IMG/VR virus record: IMGVR_UViG_2698536687_000008 | Coordinates: 1 to 40,799 of that record | Origin: a virus | Lineage: Duplodnaviria > Heunggongvirae > Uroviricota > Caudoviricetes | Direction: 5' to 3' (one strand) | DNA length: 40,799 nucleotides | Part shown: positions 10,558 to 23,182 of the stretch, piece by piece | How positions within the stretch are numbered: position 1 is the stretch's first letter | Layout of the letters: the number at the start of each line of letters is the position of its first letter | Notes under the pieces: model-generated | Seen by the model: the letters and a program-made list of their open reading frames with translations, nothing else | Databases searched by the model: none | What the model was told of the DNA's origin: nothing | Position numbers and translations under genes: made by a program

Positions 10558-11852
10558 TAATCACCCCATAGTGAAGAAAAATTACTGCCAGTAGTAGGTT
10601 GTTGCGCTGGCGTATTCTGTACTGGCTCCTGATAATCAAACTGTTTTTTAACAGTGCTCAACTTGCTTTCAAGCTGATTTCTAATCTTTCCGATAGAGTC
10701 ACGAAAAGCCTTTTCACTCATTTTGGGGCTTAGGGCACCAACCGCATCGGATAATTTTTTACCCTCAGCATCTGAAAGAGCCCCCATCCCCTTAAGGGAC
10801 TGCACCATAGGAAGGAAAGTTTGAGCTTTAAAGGTGTCGAGCCTTGCTTCAAAGTTAGCCGCATCAGAGCCAGGAACTGTTGGAAACGCTGAGCGAATTC
10901 CTACTGCTTTTGAAAGGCCGGGGCTTTGCTCTATCTCGTTGAGAGAATCAAGCGCTGTGCTGAACGTATCAACTGCACCCTGAGCGGCGGCCTGCCTGTC
11001 AGCGCGGGCTATGTCAGCCTTTTGCCGAACATCTGCCTGTTTCTGTTTTAGCTCTTCAAGCTTTAACTGATTGCTTTCTCTGGCTATCTGTCTGTCCAGA
11101 GCCTTTTCTTGTAATTCTGCTCTTTGTATTTCGCGGGAAAGAGCAGCATTCTGTGCGCTGATGTTCTGTCCACGTATCTGGATGTCCTGACCACGCGCTG
11201 TTAGTGCTTCTCCAGCCTGATTGCTGCGGATTGTCTCTGCCAGCCTGCCTCGGTCAATTTCACGACCAGCCATCTTGTCCTGAACATTGAAGTAATCAAT
11301 CGGACCAAGAGCAGCCATTCCAAGGTGATCAACAAACTCACCAAATCCCGAAGGGTTCTGCTGATACATCCGAGCAACGCTGTTGGGGTCAACACCGACG
11401 CGAGTCAGTTCCTTGGCGTTGTTTTGCAGCCATGATTGCATTGCTTCTGGAGACGATGACGCAAGGCGTGCGCCAGCCGCTAAGGTGCCGATAGAATTAC
11501 GCTGATCTTCATCAATGAATCCCATGCCTTTACGAACGGATTCAATCTGGTCTGGATATTGAGTAGCCAACTGACGCAAAGCACCGCGATCACCAGACGC
11601 ATAAGCATTAGCGTATGCCTGCTGAAATTCTTTCTGCCGCTGAGCCTGCTTTTCCTGCTGAAACACCCCCGCAATACCTGAAAGGCCTTGCAAAGCAGTC
11701 AGCCCAACATTGTTAGCGCCTGAACGCTCAATATCATTGTTCTGCCTGATAAGCTGAAGCGTATTGCCGATGTCATTTACGCTCGGAGCGTTTGAGTTGA
11801 CGCCGCCGATACCAGCCAACAATCCGCCATTTGATCCTTGCCAAGTAGCCAT
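10557..11852 (-). CDS. Ejection protein, P22 gp20-like
   Basis: 431 aa; position and composition consistent with P22 gp20. Confidence 0.8.
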   Translation of the reverse strand: MATWQGSNGGLLAGIGGVNSNAPSVNDIGNTLQLIRQNNDIERSGANNVGLTALQGLSGIAGVFQQEKQAQRQKEFQQAYANAYASGDRGALRQLATQYPDQIESVRKGMGFIDEDQRNSIGTLAAGARLASSSPEAMQSWLQNNAKELTRVGVDPNSVARMYQQNPSGFGEFVDHLGMAALGPIDYFNVQDKMAGREIDRGRLAETIRSNQAGEALTARGQDIQIRGQNISAQNAALSREIQRAELQEKALDRQIARESNQLKLEELKQKQADVRQKADIARADRQAAAQGAVDTFSTALDSLNEIEQSPGLSKAVGIRSAFPTVPGSDAANFEARLDTFKAQTFLPMVQSLKGMGALSDAEGKKLSDAVGALSPKMSEKAFRDSIGKIRNQLESKLSTVKKQFDYQEPVQNTPAQQPTTGSNFSSLWGD

Positions 11853-11861
11853 GATTACCCC

Positions 11862-12554
11862 TTAAAACAACGAGCCAAGCAATCCGATACCAGCGCCAAT
11901 GCCAGCGCCCCAAGGTGTTGATGTTCCCAAAAGGCTGGCAAGACCTGCACCGGCAATCGCACCAGACGTTCCGCCACTAATTGCTGTCTGAAGACTTGAT
12001 GGTTTGTTGGCATTAGCAGCGGCAAGAGCTGCGCTTTGCTGTGCAATGCTGCTCATGTTGTTGGCGTACGTCTGCCCGGCGTTTGCCTGACCTTGCAGCG
12101 CACCAAGCCCAACGTTTGCCAGATTGTTGTAATTGCTCATCTGGTTTGATAACCACGACTGACCGAGAGTCGGAGCAATCGTAGCCAGTTGATTGCTTGT
12201 AGCTGTCGAACCAAGTCCGCCAGTCGCCTCCGCAGCAGCAAGACTCTGGTAACGAGCCTGACCTGCAAGGTCTTTATACTGCTGAGAATTGTAATACTGA
12301 TTAAGTGCCTGCCCCTGACCTTCTAAACTGGAAAGATTCTGAAGCTGGTTAACATACTGCTCCGCAAGCGGCGTGAACGTAGCAAGGTTTTTCATGATCG
12401 TCTGCCACTGCTGATTTTGCAGGTCTGCGGCATACTTCTGAGCTTCTGCTGCATACTTTGCGCTTTTATCAGAGCTGCCACCTTTCCCGCCTTTTTCAGG
12501 GCAATAAGGTTCCTCGCCGCGCAGTTTTCTGCCCAGCTTAAATGCATATAACAT
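11862..12554 (-). CDS. Ejection protein, P22 gp7-like
   Basis: 230 aa (P22 gp7 is 229 aa); Gly/Ala-rich C-terminus; syntenic. Confidence 0.8.
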   Translation of the reverse strand: MLYAFKLGRKLRGEEPYCPEKGGKGGSSDKSAKYAAEAQKYAADLQNQQWQTIMKNLATFTPLAEQYVNQLQNLSSLEGQGQALNQYYNSQQYKDLAGQARYQSLAAAEATGGLGSTATSNQLATIAPTLGQSWLSNQMSNYNNLANVGLGALQGQANAGQTYANNMSSIAQQSAALAAANANKPSSLQTAISGGTSGAIAGAGLASLLGTSTPWGAGIGAGIGLLGSLF

Positions 12555-12556
12555 GG

Positions 12557-13012
12557 CTATCTCCCGTGATTCAGGAAGTCGATTAGTTCTTCGCGTGTGG
12601 CGCTGTAAAAAGTCACGTCATCCACGCCTTTGAAGTATTTCTTGATGGTTCCTACACGCTTAAGGCCAATCATCGCGCAATACATCTGACCGTGGCGGAA
12701 TTTGCGTGCAGCGAACGATGTGACGCACTGAACGGTGGTGTTAGTCAGAATGTATCGCCAGAACGCCAGACCGATTTCCTTGCTGAATCCGCGAATCTCT
12801 GGCAGGTACATGGCGTGGCAATCGAATGTCAGCGGCTGAATCTCCTGATAGTAAACAATGCCGCCGAACTGCCCGTGCACGTTCACCTCAAAGTAACGGC
12901 ATTCAGGCTTGTAGTCGTATCCATCACCGTTGTTGCTCCCGGCAATAATGTCAGGGTGATTTCCGACTGCTTCGATCAGGTCGATGTTTCGCGTTGGTTT
13001 GAATGTAATCAT
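12557..13012 (-). CDS. Head assembly/ejection-associated protein, P22 gp14-like
   Basis: 151-aa ORF between the tail needle and gp7 homologues, matching P22 gene order 26-14-7. Confidence 0.7.
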   Translation of the reverse strand: MITFKPTRNIDLIEAVGNHPDIIAGSNNGDGYDYKPECRYFEVNVHGQFGGIVYYQEIQPLTFDCHAMYLPEIRGFSKEIGLAFWRYILTNTTVQCVTSFAARKFRHGQMYCAMIGLKRVGTIKKYFKGVDDVTFYSATREELIDFLNHGR

Positions 13013-13713
13013 CAGTCAATCAACCCATGAGTCCGTAATGCATCTTCCAGAGCTTTGATACGCTGCCGCGCCTGCTGCAATCCTGTAGCCATAGCCGACA
13101 CCTCAGACCGTGTGTATGTGGCACTTACCGTGTATGTCTGGTTAGCGTTGAATGAGCCGCGAAGAGCCGTACCTGTAGCCGCTGTCCACCCTGTCTGACG
13201 AGCACCAATAACCTTGGTGCCGCCGACCGAATAGGATGTTGTTACATTGAGGGGAGATGCCAGCGATTGTGTTGCAGTGGCTGTTTTCGATACATAGTCG
13301 TCCTGTAATGCAGAAATGTTGCTCTCAGCAGTCGTAACCCGGCCATCAAGAGCGCTGACGTCAGCCTGTAAGGTGACTATTTCTCCTTCAGCCGTGGTTA
13401 GTCTGACATCCAGCGCTGCAATTGCCGCAGTATTCGCAGCAATACGGATTTCATGGTCATCTACTTCAATGCGGAGCTGACGAATTCTTTCTTCATGATC
13501 GACCAGAATCACATCCTGCTCATCGTTCCTGACCTGTGCATCATAAGCGCCCTGTCCGGCCTCGTTGGCCTTGTTAGCCACGTTACCAACATCAGTGCCC
13601 TGTGCGATAACGTAAAGCAGATACGACTGCGAGAAGATATTGCGTGGAAGGATTGATGTATCGAGCCGCGTCGCCTGAACAATAACAGGTGTGTTGAGAT
13701 TCGAATCCGCCAT
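13012..13713 (-). CDS. Tail needle protein, P22 gp26-like
   Basis: 233 aa, [25 protein letters not shown]...ends HGLID; near-colinear with P22 gp26 from memory. Confidence 0.9.
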   Translation of the reverse strand: MADSNLNTPVIVQATRLDTSILPRNIFSQSYLLYVIAQGTDVGNVANKANEAGQGAYDAQVRNDEQDVILVDHEERIRQLRIEVDDHEIRIAANTAAIAALDVRLTTAEGEIVTLQADVSALDGRVTTAESNISALQDDYVSKTATATQSLASPLNVTTSYSVGGTKVIGARQTGWTAATGTALRGSFNANQTYTVSATYTRSEVSAMATGLQQARQRIKALEDALRTHGLID

Positions 13714-15131
13714 TACTCAATCCTTATCTGGCAGCCAGACAGAGTGACAGGTGACTTCGTGATAACGCGCAATTTGAAACCGACATTTTTCCTGATGCGC
13801 CCTACTCGCTTCCACAAAACGCGTTTGTCGTAAACGAACGGTTCATTCTGCTCAATCATCTGCTCACGCCCGTAATTGATTCCGTCAGTGGTTGCAGAGA
13901 GAAAAAGGCGGTCGGCGTACTGCGCAACGCCAGTTGAAGATTCAACTTCAAGGTCGAAAACTCTGGCGTTATCTGCTTTGAACAACGGAGTAAACAGCAG
14001 GTGTTCCTGTTGCTTGTCGTACTGGCTGCTGATATCGAACTGCAATTTCCCGGTCACGGACTCCAGCTTATCGCCGCACGTTATCTGATTGCCTTCATAA
14101 ATGAAGTCGATAGCGCGGTACACATCGTCATACAGGCCTGTTTTCAACACACACCATTGCGGACCATTGGCGCTTGAAGATGCGTCGTACACGAGAACAT
14201 GGCGTGGAAGGTGGATAATCAGCAACTCATGAGCATCAAAGCGCAACGATTCCATCACGCCATCAGCCAGTTCATCAGCAGTGTAGGAGCGGAGGATTTT
14301 CTCAATGCTCGCGCTGGCAATTGGTGACACCTGACCAGAGCCGATGATATACACAGACGGCGCACCCGTTGCCGGATTGCTGATGAACGCATACGAATCA
14401 GCAAACGGCGTTTTGCAGTAAGTCCCGGCAATGCCTTTCTGCACCATCAGCGATGGCTGTGCGACATACAAAGCAGCACCAACGGTGGTTGCACCAGTCA
14501 GGGAGAAATATTCAATCGTTGATGAACCAAAGCATACGATGAAGTCTCGCCATGTTCCGATGCCGATGATGCCGTCAGGCTGCGATTCTGCGCGATATTG
14601 TGCGCTGTAGCGGTCAGGGTGTGTTTCGTCTTCAAGGTCAGTGATAAACCATGAATCAGTACCGTCTTTTGACCACGCATAACGCCCACGTAAGCGCGTA
14701 ATGTCACGAACCGAACCTAGCTCATACTGAGTGAATCCGCTATCTGTAGGCCAGTTTGAGACGATTTTAACCGCGCCATCATAGCGGTATTCGACCAGTT
14801 GACCATTAACGCCTACCGCCTGTGATGTCCGCCCATGCGCCATTGATACGCGACCACTTCCGGCAACATCACCGACTTCGCTTTCGCCTTTGTAGAGCTT
14901 GCCGCCACACACACGATAGACAGCATTCTGCGCCATGTTGTACTCGACGCCTCGAGATACACCGTTCACATCAGAACGTTTGGCAATGCCCGGGAATGAG
15001 CGAAGATATCCGCTGCTGTTCAGGATTTCTTTGGGTGTAGCCAACATATTCGCTGGCAGATAGTCGATATAGTCGGCGTTTCGGAAATCTTTGCCGACAC
15101 CTTTCATAAGCGGAAGTTGCTGAATCGGCAT
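13713..15131 (-). CDS. Tail accessory factor, P22 gp10-like
   Basis: 472 aa, same length as P22 gp10, syntenic between gp4 and gp26. Confidence 0.85.
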   Translation of the reverse strand: MPIQQLPLMKGVGKDFRNADYIDYLPANMLATPKEILNSSGYLRSFPGIAKRSDVNGVSRGVEYNMAQNAVYRVCGGKLYKGESEVGDVAGSGRVSMAHGRTSQAVGVNGQLVEYRYDGAVKIVSNWPTDSGFTQYELGSVRDITRLRGRYAWSKDGTDSWFITDLEDETHPDRYSAQYRAESQPDGIIGIGTWRDFIVCFGSSTIEYFSLTGATTVGAALYVAQPSLMVQKGIAGTYCKTPFADSYAFISNPATGAPSVYIIGSGQVSPIASASIEKILRSYTADELADGVMESLRFDAHELLIIHLPRHVLVYDASSSANGPQWCVLKTGLYDDVYRAIDFIYEGNQITCGDKLESVTGKLQFDISSQYDKQQEHLLFTPLFKADNARVFDLEVESSTGVAQYADRLFLSATTDGINYGREQMIEQNEPFVYDKRVLWKRVGRIRKNVGFKLRVITKSPVTLSGCQIRIE

Positions 15132-15608
15132 TATTCGCTCCCGTTATCGCAAGGATCCTTTCGGTGGAAGTAATTCCAACCGTTCCACTTCGCCAACTGG
15201 TTACCGCTACCAACAGGCATGCGGTTTGGATAACCGGACTTACATTTAGCGGCTTTTGCTCTGTCCATTGCAGACAGTTTGACGAGTCGCTCTTTCCCGT
15301 ATCTGGCAGTAGTTATAAGTTTTGCAGAAGCTTCCAGCGCATAATCTGGAGCAATGCGGCAGGCAAGGTTGAAAATGACGGCATTGATAGCGTTATTTGA
15401 TAAACCGTGCTCATCTCCCGGATCCGGAGCGACATCTGCATCAGCAAAAATGTAGCCAACGTTGATACCAGGTGACGCATCACCGCCAAGCCATTCAGCC
15501 ATCATCATTTCAAGGTCGTTGACGCCGTCTTCCATAGACTGCGGTTCGACATCGGTTAACGTGGCATTTGATGCCACACCGAGCTTACGTAATGCCGCAA
15601 GAACTAAA

Positions 15609-15631
<23 letters not shown>
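15131..15631 (-). CDS. Head completion/tail accessory protein, P22 gp4-like
   Basis: From Met at 15631: [33 protein letters not shown]... matches the P22 gp4 N-terminus; the ORF-track extension (SQSQ repeats) is upstream non-coding frame. Confidence 0.85.
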
Positions 15632-15875
<244 letters not shown>

Positions 15876-15919
15876 GCTTGTCTCCAGATAAAAAAGGGAG
15901 CCGAAGCTCCCTCTGGTTA

Positions 15920-17215
15920 TCACGCGGTCTGGTTAGGCAGACCAACACCAATTGCCTCTGGTCGTACAGCACATGCTGAATACCACACAGCAATACGGCA
16001 CTTACCAGACAGAGTGTTGATATCACCCTGCGTTGCGAAGATGCCGTTAACACCAATACCAGGAATGCTGAAGGAAGACGTTTTCATGCCAGCAAACAGT
16101 TCATGGGTTACCGGGATCGGCTGAGACAGCAGACGGATTGAGTCATCAGCCCAGAACACGTTAGCGGTGGTTGTTGCCACGTTCAGAACGTTTACCGGAG
16201 TGGTATCAGCAAGAGAGGTGTTTACGTTAGCGTAAGCCTTCTCTTCTTTTGTCAGTGACGCGTCATCAAGCGCAATCGGCTTCGGCGTGATTTCGATGTG
16301 AGTACCATCGATCACACGGGTGATTGAGAAAGTAGCATCATCAGTCAGCACGTTCTTCGCCATCTGAGACAGGAATTTCACACCAGTGAAGCTGATTTTG
16401 TCGCCGCGCTTAAATCCGGTGGTGGAGGATACGGTCACCGTTGCAACACGGTTGTCGACGTTCTCTTTGTTACCATCGGTATCAAGAGTGTATGCCTGCG
16501 GCTTAAACTTCTGCGCACCAGAAACAGTTACACCAGTAGCGGTTGACTTGGTAACTGCCGGAAGTTTCGGTGAGCGAAGAATTTCATCAAAGCCAGCAAT
16601 CTGACGCTGAATAGTACCGTTGCGATACGCTTCTTCAGGAACGCGCCCGAAGATGTCACCATCTACAAGATTGCGGCCTGCTTTGCGGTAATCGTCAGGG
16701 TTCAGGAAGTAACTGATACCCATGTCGCGGTTGAGTTCGCGGGAGAACATCAGTCGCTCTGCATCAGACACAAAATCCCAGCCAGACAGGCCAGTAGATG
16801 GACCAATTGCGCGGGTATCGTGAACAACAAGCGAGCCCATTTCAGTTGCCTGTTTGGCAATCGCTGACTCAATGTTATTCGCCAGTTTTTTGGCGGATGC
16901 CTGGATGCGGCGACGGTAAGAACGCTCATCACGCAGGTCATCTGCACGAAGCTCGAAGAAATCGTTATCCGGATCGCCCATGTTGCATTTCACGGACAGC
17001 TCCAGAATCCCGGTTGCGTTGCCAGTTAAATCCCAGCCAGTCTGAGTTGGCGCTTCCTGCTCAACAGGCATCCACACGGTGTTGCTTGAACGTTGCATGG
17101 ATTCTGCCGGAGGGGTGTATTTTGTCACTTTGGACGCCATTGGCGTCAGGTTCTGGACGGTTTCGATGATTTCATCCAGAGCATACGTGACCAGTTGACC
17201 TTCATTTAATGCCAT
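15920..17215 (-). CDS. Major capsid (coat) protein, P22 gp5-like (HK97 fold)
   Basis: 431 aa, [20 protein letters not shown]...GVGLPNQTA, colinear with P22 coat protein from memory. Confidence 0.95.
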   Translation of the reverse strand: MALNEGQLVTYALDEIIETVQNLTPMASKVTKYTPPAESMQRSSNTVWMPVEQEAPTQTGWDLTGNATGILELSVKCNMGDPDNDFFELRADDLRDERSYRRRIQASAKKLANNIESAIAKQATEMGSLVVHDTRAIGPSTGLSGWDFVSDAERLMFSRELNRDMGISYFLNPDDYRKAGRNLVDGDIFGRVPEEAYRNGTIQRQIAGFDEILRSPKLPAVTKSTATGVTVSGAQKFKPQAYTLDTDGNKENVDNRVATVTVSSTTGFKRGDKISFTGVKFLSQMAKNVLTDDATFSITRVIDGTHIEITPKPIALDDASLTKEEKAYANVNTSLADTTPVNVLNVATTTANVFWADDSIRLLSQPIPVTHELFAGMKTSSFSIPGIGVNGIFATQGDINTLSGKCRIAVWYSACAVRPEAIGVGLPNQTA

Positions 17216-18126
17216 TATCGAATTCCTTTATTCAGTTGCGCCTTGAGCTTGCGGTACGTCTCTACATCCCCTTTGTTTGCTGCCGCCTCCATCTGCTTTT
17301 CAATCGCAGAGATATTTGCAGCAACAGCGTGTCCCTGAATGGGCTCATCAGGTAACGGGGCTTCTGAAACAGGCTTTGCTCGAGGCTTGAGAGTTAAACG
17401 TTCTGACAGTCGAGTGAGTTCAATCAGCGCGGATTGCCCGTCCATCGCCAGCAACTGGCGTGTTTTCTCAGGATTAGCACCAAGGTGATACATGAGAGCA
17501 GCGGATTTCTCCGGGAAGAGGCGCATGATGTCGGCACCGACTGCTGGCGGCACCAGTTGCATGAATGCATCCTCTTTCTCCTGATAGTCAGGGATATTGA
17601 GCTTTTCCGCTGCGTCGTAGTGCTTACGGGCTGCCTCGACGTATTGCGCTGATTGCTGGGTGAACTCCTGAGTTTTGCGACCCTGCTCGGCGACAGCCTG
17701 GCTTCGTGCGTCCATAGCCTTGATCTGCCATTCACTATTTGCCTGCTGGAAGGCAGCCAGTGCGCGGCTCTGGTCATAGTCGTACTTAGCCAGTGCATCT
17801 TCGGAAAGATAATCGTTAGGGTCTGGTTGTTTTGGTAACTCAGGGTTCACCCGCAGGTGCTCCGGCAACTCTCCACGCTTAACCGCTTCCATCTGTTGCT
17901 CAAGCTCACGCTGGCGTTTGCGTTCGATGCGGCGACGGGCAAATTCAGCATTAGTTGCCGGGTCTTGTTTTGGTTTCTCATCGTCTTTCAGGACAATCTC
18001 GAAGCCTTCTTCCTGACCTGCGTTGTCGTTGGCATTATCGACAACTAAGCCATCAGCAGATGCCGCTGCATGATTGCCGGGCAGGGTTAATTCTTCAGAA
18101 GCCTGAATGTCGGTGGTTTGGTCCAT
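17215..18126 (-). CDS. Scaffolding protein, P22 gp8-like
   Basis: 303 aa (same as P22 gp8), acidic helical protein immediately upstream of coat. Confidence 0.9.
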   Translation of the reverse strand: MDQTTDIQASEELTLPGNHAAASADGLVVDNANDNAGQEEGFEIVLKDDEKPKQDPATNAEFARRRIERKRQRELEQQMEAVKRGELPEHLRVNPELPKQPDPNDYLSEDALAKYDYDQSRALAAFQQANSEWQIKAMDARSQAVAEQGRKTQEFTQQSAQYVEAARKHYDAAEKLNIPDYQEKEDAFMQLVPPAVGADIMRLFPEKSAALMYHLGANPEKTRQLLAMDGQSALIELTRLSERLTLKPRAKPVSEAPLPDEPIQGHAVAANISAIEKQMEAAANKGDVETYRKLKAQLNKGIR

Positions 18127-18139
18127 GATTAACTCTCTC

Positions 18140-20305
18140 TTATTGAGGTGTCTCGGCTACTCCGCCGGAGGGGATTTGAACTTGACGCATAAGATTCGCG
18201 AAATCCATGCGTTGTGAATGAGTCTGGTCTGCATCTTTAAGAAGCAGCTCAGCGTTAGCACGAGCATCTTTGCTGCGCTGTTGCTGGAATTGACCTACGA
18301 GCTTGAGGTACTCACGCAGTTCTGCCTGCTTGTCGAGGTCCATATTGTTGAAGATTTCTGCAATCTTCGCGGCGTTGAGTTGGTTTTGGGCTTCAACCTT
18401 GGCGGCTTCAACCTGAATCTGCGCCTGTTGGTTCTCTGCCTTGAGCAATTCAGCCTGACCTTGCAGAAGGATACCCTGCGCCTGAATTTGCTCTGCTGAT
18501 GGCTGCTGCGGCTGTTGTTGTGCCTGCTGCACCATCTCCATCTCTTCAGGTGTTTCTGGTTTCTTCAGCCCCATCATCACCAGTTGCTTGTTCGCGTACT
18601 CTCGCATCATCTCGACGCCTTTACCGTCAAGCAACGTGAAGTATTGCAGCATCAGCATCTGGAACTCTGGAGTACCTTGCGGAACCTTGGTTAGCAACTC
18701 CTGAATCTCTGCGCGATTCTGTTCCTTCATGCTCTGGAAGGATGGCCCAACGTCTGTATAGCACTCATAGCGACCGCGAATGTCGTTGAGTGTGACCACA
18801 TTACCGGACTGGTAATCTACAACTTGCGCGTAGAGTTGAACGTCTTTCTCGCTACCATCTTCAAGTGTCAGCGTTACATGACGAGGAACGTCATAAATAT
18901 CGTTGACCATTGAGGCATAAATCTCGCCATCACGTCGCATTGCGGTAGCCAGGTTATCCTGAAACACGTATGTCTCAAGGTCTGCCCGCATGTTCAGTTG
19001 ATTGACGGTATCGAAAGCTACCTGACCATTTGCCGCCTGCGCATCCACGCCAAGACTAGCCACCTCTTTCACTGCGTTGGTGGCAGCCTCAAGCATGTAA
19101 GCGTTGGCCTGCGGTACTTCAGGGTTTTCCATGTAGGAGATTGGACCAATCGGCAGGTCGTTACCGTTTTCATCGGTCTTGTTCTGCAGATAGTACGGAT
19201 AGTCGTCATTTCCACCGTACATGTATTCGTAGCCTTCGATTTGCTCAGGTAAGAAGGTCGGTTTCTTCTTCGGTGAGCGAGCAACAATATCGGCGTTGAA
19301 TGACATGATCATGTTACGAAGGCGTTGACCGTCTTTCGTCAGCCTTACCACTCCTTCGTAGCACTCCTTGTCACCAGCGAATGACCATTCGCCATACACT
19401 GGAACGATTGGGATATGCTCTCCAGCTATCTTCTCGCGGTCTTTCAGTATCTGCGTGCAGGTGATGATCGACTTATACACACGCCGACGCTTGACCTTAC
19501 GCTCTGCTACCTTAATGAATCCACGATTAGCCAGGTCGTCGATGACGTCTTTGATATCCTGCTGGTAATAGCTGACCGGCTCACCTGTCAGCGGGTCGCG
19601 GTAGATGAAGACCTTCTCCTTCTTCTCTTCTACCTCGTAATACTCAGCGACGTAGACGACATCATTCGATACCCACGGAAACAGCCATGTATCGTTCGGA
19701 TTCTGGAAAGATGGCAAGGTGTCCGGATCAATACCGTAATCCTCTGCGAACTCTTTCCAGCCATTGCGTGACAAAGCGTTAATCACCGTGCAGTGCTTAG
19801 CGTCGCTCTTATCCATCTGCTTGCTGTTGGCGTCCCATATGACGTGTGAGCAGGCTTCATGGATTGGCAGGCGTCGGATTACCTGATTGTTGCTTGTTGG
19901 GTCGTTGTCTTCGTACTGGGTGACCAGACGCCATGCACCAACGCCGGACTCTATCTGCTCACGAACGCCAACGTTAACGGCAATCTTTGCCGTGTTATGG
20001 CGCATATCAGTACGATACATTCCCATCAACACATCGGCAGCATCAGGATTAGCGCCGTCTTTGGGTCGGAAGAGAACGTCGATAGGGTTCCGGCGCATCT
20101 CTGCGACCAGTTTCCTGACCACCGGGCGAACAACATCGAATTGTCCGCGATATTGCAGGGTAGTGTAGTTTGATAGCCAGTCATCCCATTGCGACACTCG
20201 GCTAAAATACAGGTCATTTGTCGCCTCGGTTCTGGCTTCATCGCTCGCCATCCAGTCCGCGTCAAACTTACACAGAATGGAATTGAGTCTGTTTTCGTCG
20301 GCCAT
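18140..20305 (-). CDS. Portal protein, P22 gp1-like
   Basis: 721 aa; between terminase and scaffold; Gln-rich C-terminal barrel region. Confidence 0.9.
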   Translation of the reverse strand: MADENRLNSILCKFDADWMASDEARTEATNDLYFSRVSQWDDWLSNYTTLQYRGQFDVVRPVVRKLVAEMRRNPIDVLFRPKDGANPDAADVLMGMYRTDMRHNTAKIAVNVGVREQIESGVGAWRLVTQYEDNDPTSNNQVIRRLPIHEACSHVIWDANSKQMDKSDAKHCTVINALSRNGWKEFAEDYGIDPDTLPSFQNPNDTWLFPWVSNDVVYVAEYYEVEEKKEKVFIYRDPLTGEPVSYYQQDIKDVIDDLANRGFIKVAERKVKRRRVYKSIITCTQILKDREKIAGEHIPIVPVYGEWSFAGDKECYEGVVRLTKDGQRLRNMIMSFNADIVARSPKKKPTFLPEQIEGYEYMYGGNDDYPYYLQNKTDENGNDLPIGPISYMENPEVPQANAYMLEAATNAVKEVASLGVDAQAANGQVAFDTVNQLNMRADLETYVFQDNLATAMRRDGEIYASMVNDIYDVPRHVTLTLEDGSEKDVQLYAQVVDYQSGNVVTLNDIRGRYECYTDVGPSFQSMKEQNRAEIQELLTKVPQGTPEFQMLMLQYFTLLDGKGVEMMREYANKQLVMMGLKKPETPEEMEMVQQAQQQPQQPSAEQIQAQGILLQGQAELLKAENQQAQIQVEAAKVEAQNQLNAAKIAEIFNNMDLDKQAELREYLKLVGQFQQQRSKDARANAELLLKDADQTHSQRMDFANLMRQVQIPSGGVAETPQ

Positions 20306-21805
20306 TTAAGTTCTCCGTGCGATGGGCCTGATTGGGGCTGGTATCTTTTTCTCTTTTGGTTTTTTGATGTCGCGCATCATTTTGGCGAAGCGGCGCATCA
20401 TGTATGCATAGCGAACGGCTGAGAGAACGTCGTCGTTAAGCTTGACGATTTTCCCGTTTTCATCACGGTGATAGAGGCGGAACTCCTCAAAGAATGGCTC
20501 ACAGGTGTTGAATACTTTGAAGCGACCATCGAGCATCATGTCGCGCAATTCAGTGATGCCAGGCTCCACAGCATTACCGCCATCAGGCCATGTCGCATGC
20601 TCCTGCAACATCATAAAACCAGCATCTGCATACTGCCCTTTGAGCTGCTCACCGCCGCCCTTCTCGTGCTGGTTTCCGTCATGAGGCCATGCGGTTGGCA
20701 CTTTATGCGCCCATGATTTAACAGCTCCCCATGCCTGAACGGCTGTTTTTTCTTTCGCCTTCCACACGCGTGAAACGTAGATTGTGTCTGCGTCCTTATC
20801 CCACCAAAGCTGAACCTGCGCCTGCGGGTGATCCCATCCGAAATCCATCCCGCCAATTACGTAGAAGTGATCAGGACACTCGAACGGCTGACACTTAATC
20901 GTCTCTTCCGGTATCTGGAAGATTCGACCGCTACCCATCGTAGGAATACCGCGAGCACGCGCCTCTCTCTCATGCTCGGGATAGGATGCGATGATTTGCT
21001 CTTTCTGTTCGTCTGTGTAGTGCTCAGCGTCATAGATGGTCATGTTGACCACTTTCTGCGACTTGCTGGGATTCTTCAGGAACTTGGTAACAACGTCAGA
21101 CATCCCCATCAGCGGGGTAAACGTCAGAATTGAGAATTGACCGTATTTGTTGGTACGGGTAAGCCCTTCGCCATAAATGCTGTATGGTGGCTCTTCGTCA
21201 AACCACACACCGTGGATTGTGTCACCCTGCCAGCGAGCGCGGCCTTGCGAGTATGGCTTGAAGTAGCAGATTGAAATGCCATCTTCAACGCCATCAGCAG
21301 TGTGATGTTTAACCAGAAGGTGATCAACAAGGTTCGGAAAGAAAGGAGACTTCTTCCAGCTAATGATGTCTTCTTTCGGTATGGAACCGTAGCCAGGTTC
21401 ACCATTCTCTTCGATACGACCGCACAGGATGCGTTGAGTCGTTTTGGTTACAGTCTCGTTTGTCTCGCCACCAATCCAGAAGACAACAGGCTCATAGAAA
21501 CGCTTACCTTTCCACTCCCCACCATATTTGCCATCAGCCGGATAGCCTTTTGTTCCCGGATAACGTCCGGTAAGGTGAAACGCGACTTCAGCAGCACCAG
21601 TAAATGACTTACCAAGCTGGTTACCAGCCATAAAACAGCGCTCTGGATAGTCATGCCCGGCGTCGATGAACTCACGCTGTTTTCTGTATGGCGTAAATTC
21701 ATATAGCAGGTGTGTGTTCCGGTAGTTCTCTTCTTCTTCGAGTAGCTCGAGCAATTCGATTTGCTCTTCGTCGCTCAGGTTATCAAGAATCGCGTCCAGT
21801 TCCAC
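20306..21805 (-). CDS. Terminase large subunit, P22 gp2-like
   Basis: 499 aa, same length as P22 gp2; ATPase and nuclease domains. Confidence 0.9.
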   Translation of the reverse strand: MELDAILDNLSDEEQIELLELLEEEENYRNTHLLYEFTPYRKQREFIDAGHDYPERCFMAGNQLGKSFTGAAEVAFHLTGRYPGTKGYPADGKYGGEWKGKRFYEPVVFWIGGETNETVTKTTQRILCGRIEENGEPGYGSIPKEDIISWKKSPFFPNLVDHLLVKHHTADGVEDGISICYFKPYSQGRARWQGDTIHGVWFDEEPPYSIYGEGLTRTNKYGQFSILTFTPLMGMSDVVTKFLKNPSKSQKVVNMTIYDAEHYTDEQKEQIIASYPEHEREARARGIPTMGSGRIFQIPEETIKCQPFECPDHFYVIGGMDFGWDHPQAQVQLWWDKDADTIYVSRVWKAKEKTAVQAWGAVKSWAHKVPTAWPHDGNQHEKGGGEQLKGQYADAGFMMLQEHATWPDGGNAVEPGITELRDMMLDGRFKVFNTCEPFFEEFRLYHRDENGKIVKLNDDVLSAVRYAYMMRRFAKMMRDIKKPKEKKIPAPIRPIARRT

Positions 21806-22271
21806 GGTTGAATAGCTCCTTGATACGAGAGCGTCGCTTATCGCGATCTCCCTTATCAGGTGTCACGTCTTCAACTTGCGACTGCTCTTTGAGGCCCAAA
21901 TCACGGGCGATGATGTTAGCGTTGAGAAGGTCAGCGGCTGCGCCAGAGAATTTCTGGTCGTAGATGACCTGCTCTGCTCGCGTAACGACTTCAGATAAAT
22001 CTTCTCGCAGGCGATATGTGCGCCATGTTTCAAGCGTCACATCAATGAACAGAGTGAGACCGGTAATGGTCATCGCTCGCATCTTGGCGATAGGCTCTTG
22101 TATCACTTCCCCCTGATACGAGAACGCCTTCATCTCCCATAGCGGGTTAGCTTCCACCCACTCGAAGTATTCACAACAAGCAGCCCACAGCGCCTCAGGC
22201 GATTCGAATTTAGGATTTCGCCCATGACTACTGCGGGCCTCCCAAAATCGGTTGCCCTTTGGTGCTGCCAT
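21783..22271 (-). CDS. Terminase small subunit, P22 gp3-like
   Basis: From [29 protein letters not shown]..., 162 aa; overlaps TerL start as in P22. Confidence 0.85.
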   Translation of the reverse strand: MAAPKGNRFWEARSSHGRNPKFESPEALWAACCEYFEWVEANPLWEMKAFSYQGEVIQEPIAKMRAMTITGLTLFIDVTLETWRTYRLREDLSEVVTRAEQVIYDQKFSGAAADLLNANIIARDLGLKEQSQVEDVTPDKGDRDKRRSRIKELFNRGTGRDS

Positions 22272-22306
22272 ATTCATCTCACTTAGTTGTTATTTCAGGT
22301 TGAGCA

Positions 22307-22549
22307 TCATGCTCCGGTAGTGAACAGGTCTAACGCTTCCTTCGATTTACGCACCGCTTCGATAGTGCGGGTCGTGATATCTGAATTAGCGCCGCCTGAC
22401 TGGAAGTGAATTTTGAATAGCTCAAGCTTCAGCTCGTCAGTGCCAATGAATTGAAATGCTTCCTCTGCGGCTGCGTTCTGGTTCATGACCAGTTTGTAAA
22501 TCTCTAACTGGAATTTCTGTTCTTCAGTCATGGGAATAATCTCTGCCAT
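22307..22549 (-). CDS. Conserved hypothetical phage protein (80 aa)
   Basis: ORF with good coding appearance between the Rha-like gene and terminase; function unknown. Confidence 0.6.
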   Translation of the reverse strand: MAEIIPMTEEQKFQLEIYKLVMNQNAAAEEAFQFIGTDELKLELFKIHFQSGGANSDITTRTIEAVRKSKEALDLFTTGA

Positions 22550-22652
22550 TGTTGGCTCCGTTTATCCGTTAAAAGGGATATCAGTTAAGTTATCCCGTGT
22601 AGGGTATAAGCCATTGTCAAAGCCACTCTGTAGGGAATGGCTTTTGTAATAA

Positions 22653-23024
22653 CTACTGTTCGCTTAGCTTCTGCTTCAGCAAGTAACCTTCAAGCATCCA
22701 GATTTTGTTTACAGCATTCTGCCGGGCAATCTTCCGACCAATTTCTGCATCAAAATTTTCCGGACTTGCACAGGCACTCTCTCCGGTGACGGTGAAGCCG
22801 TTGCGCAGCACCAGGACGCAGAACGTCAGCAGAGAAAGTGATTCGTGCGGCTGGTAGTTTACCTCTCCGCCAGTATGTTTCGCTTTTATGGCTTTGCCAA
22901 AGGCACCATCCTCTGCTGTGAAATATGCCTCCTGAGCAATAATTCCTTCGATATGGTCTGGCGTAACGCGCGGTGCCGTTTTGCCTTTCTCAACGATTTC
23001 TTTTTCGATTTGCTGGTCGTTCAT
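22653..23024 (-). CDS. Conserved hypothetical phage protein (123 aa)
   Basis: Intact ORF in the late-operon moron region; no function assignable from sequence. Confidence 0.6.
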   Translation of the reverse strand: MNDQQIEKEIVEKGKTAPRVTPDHIEGIIAQEAYFTAEDGAFGKAIKAKHTGGEVNYQPHESLSLLTFCVLVLRNGFTVTGESACASPENFDAEIGRKIARQNAVNKIWMLEGYLLKQKLSEQ

Positions 23025-23182
23025 AATTATGACCCTGTAGAGTGGTTGCTTGATTAGGATGTCTTTCCATCAGTCCGCCACCACAAAGAATCTTTTTTGC
23101 CATAAGGCTGGAGGTTCATCTTTCAGTGGCTGCCAGTGTTATTTCCCCACTTACTGGCTTGGGTTGTTTCGCGGTACTGCTG

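Noticed and set aside
17424-20422. Numerous short ORFs on both strands within scaffold, portal and TerL genes
   Set aside because: All overlap long syntenic P22-like genes; no independent evidence.
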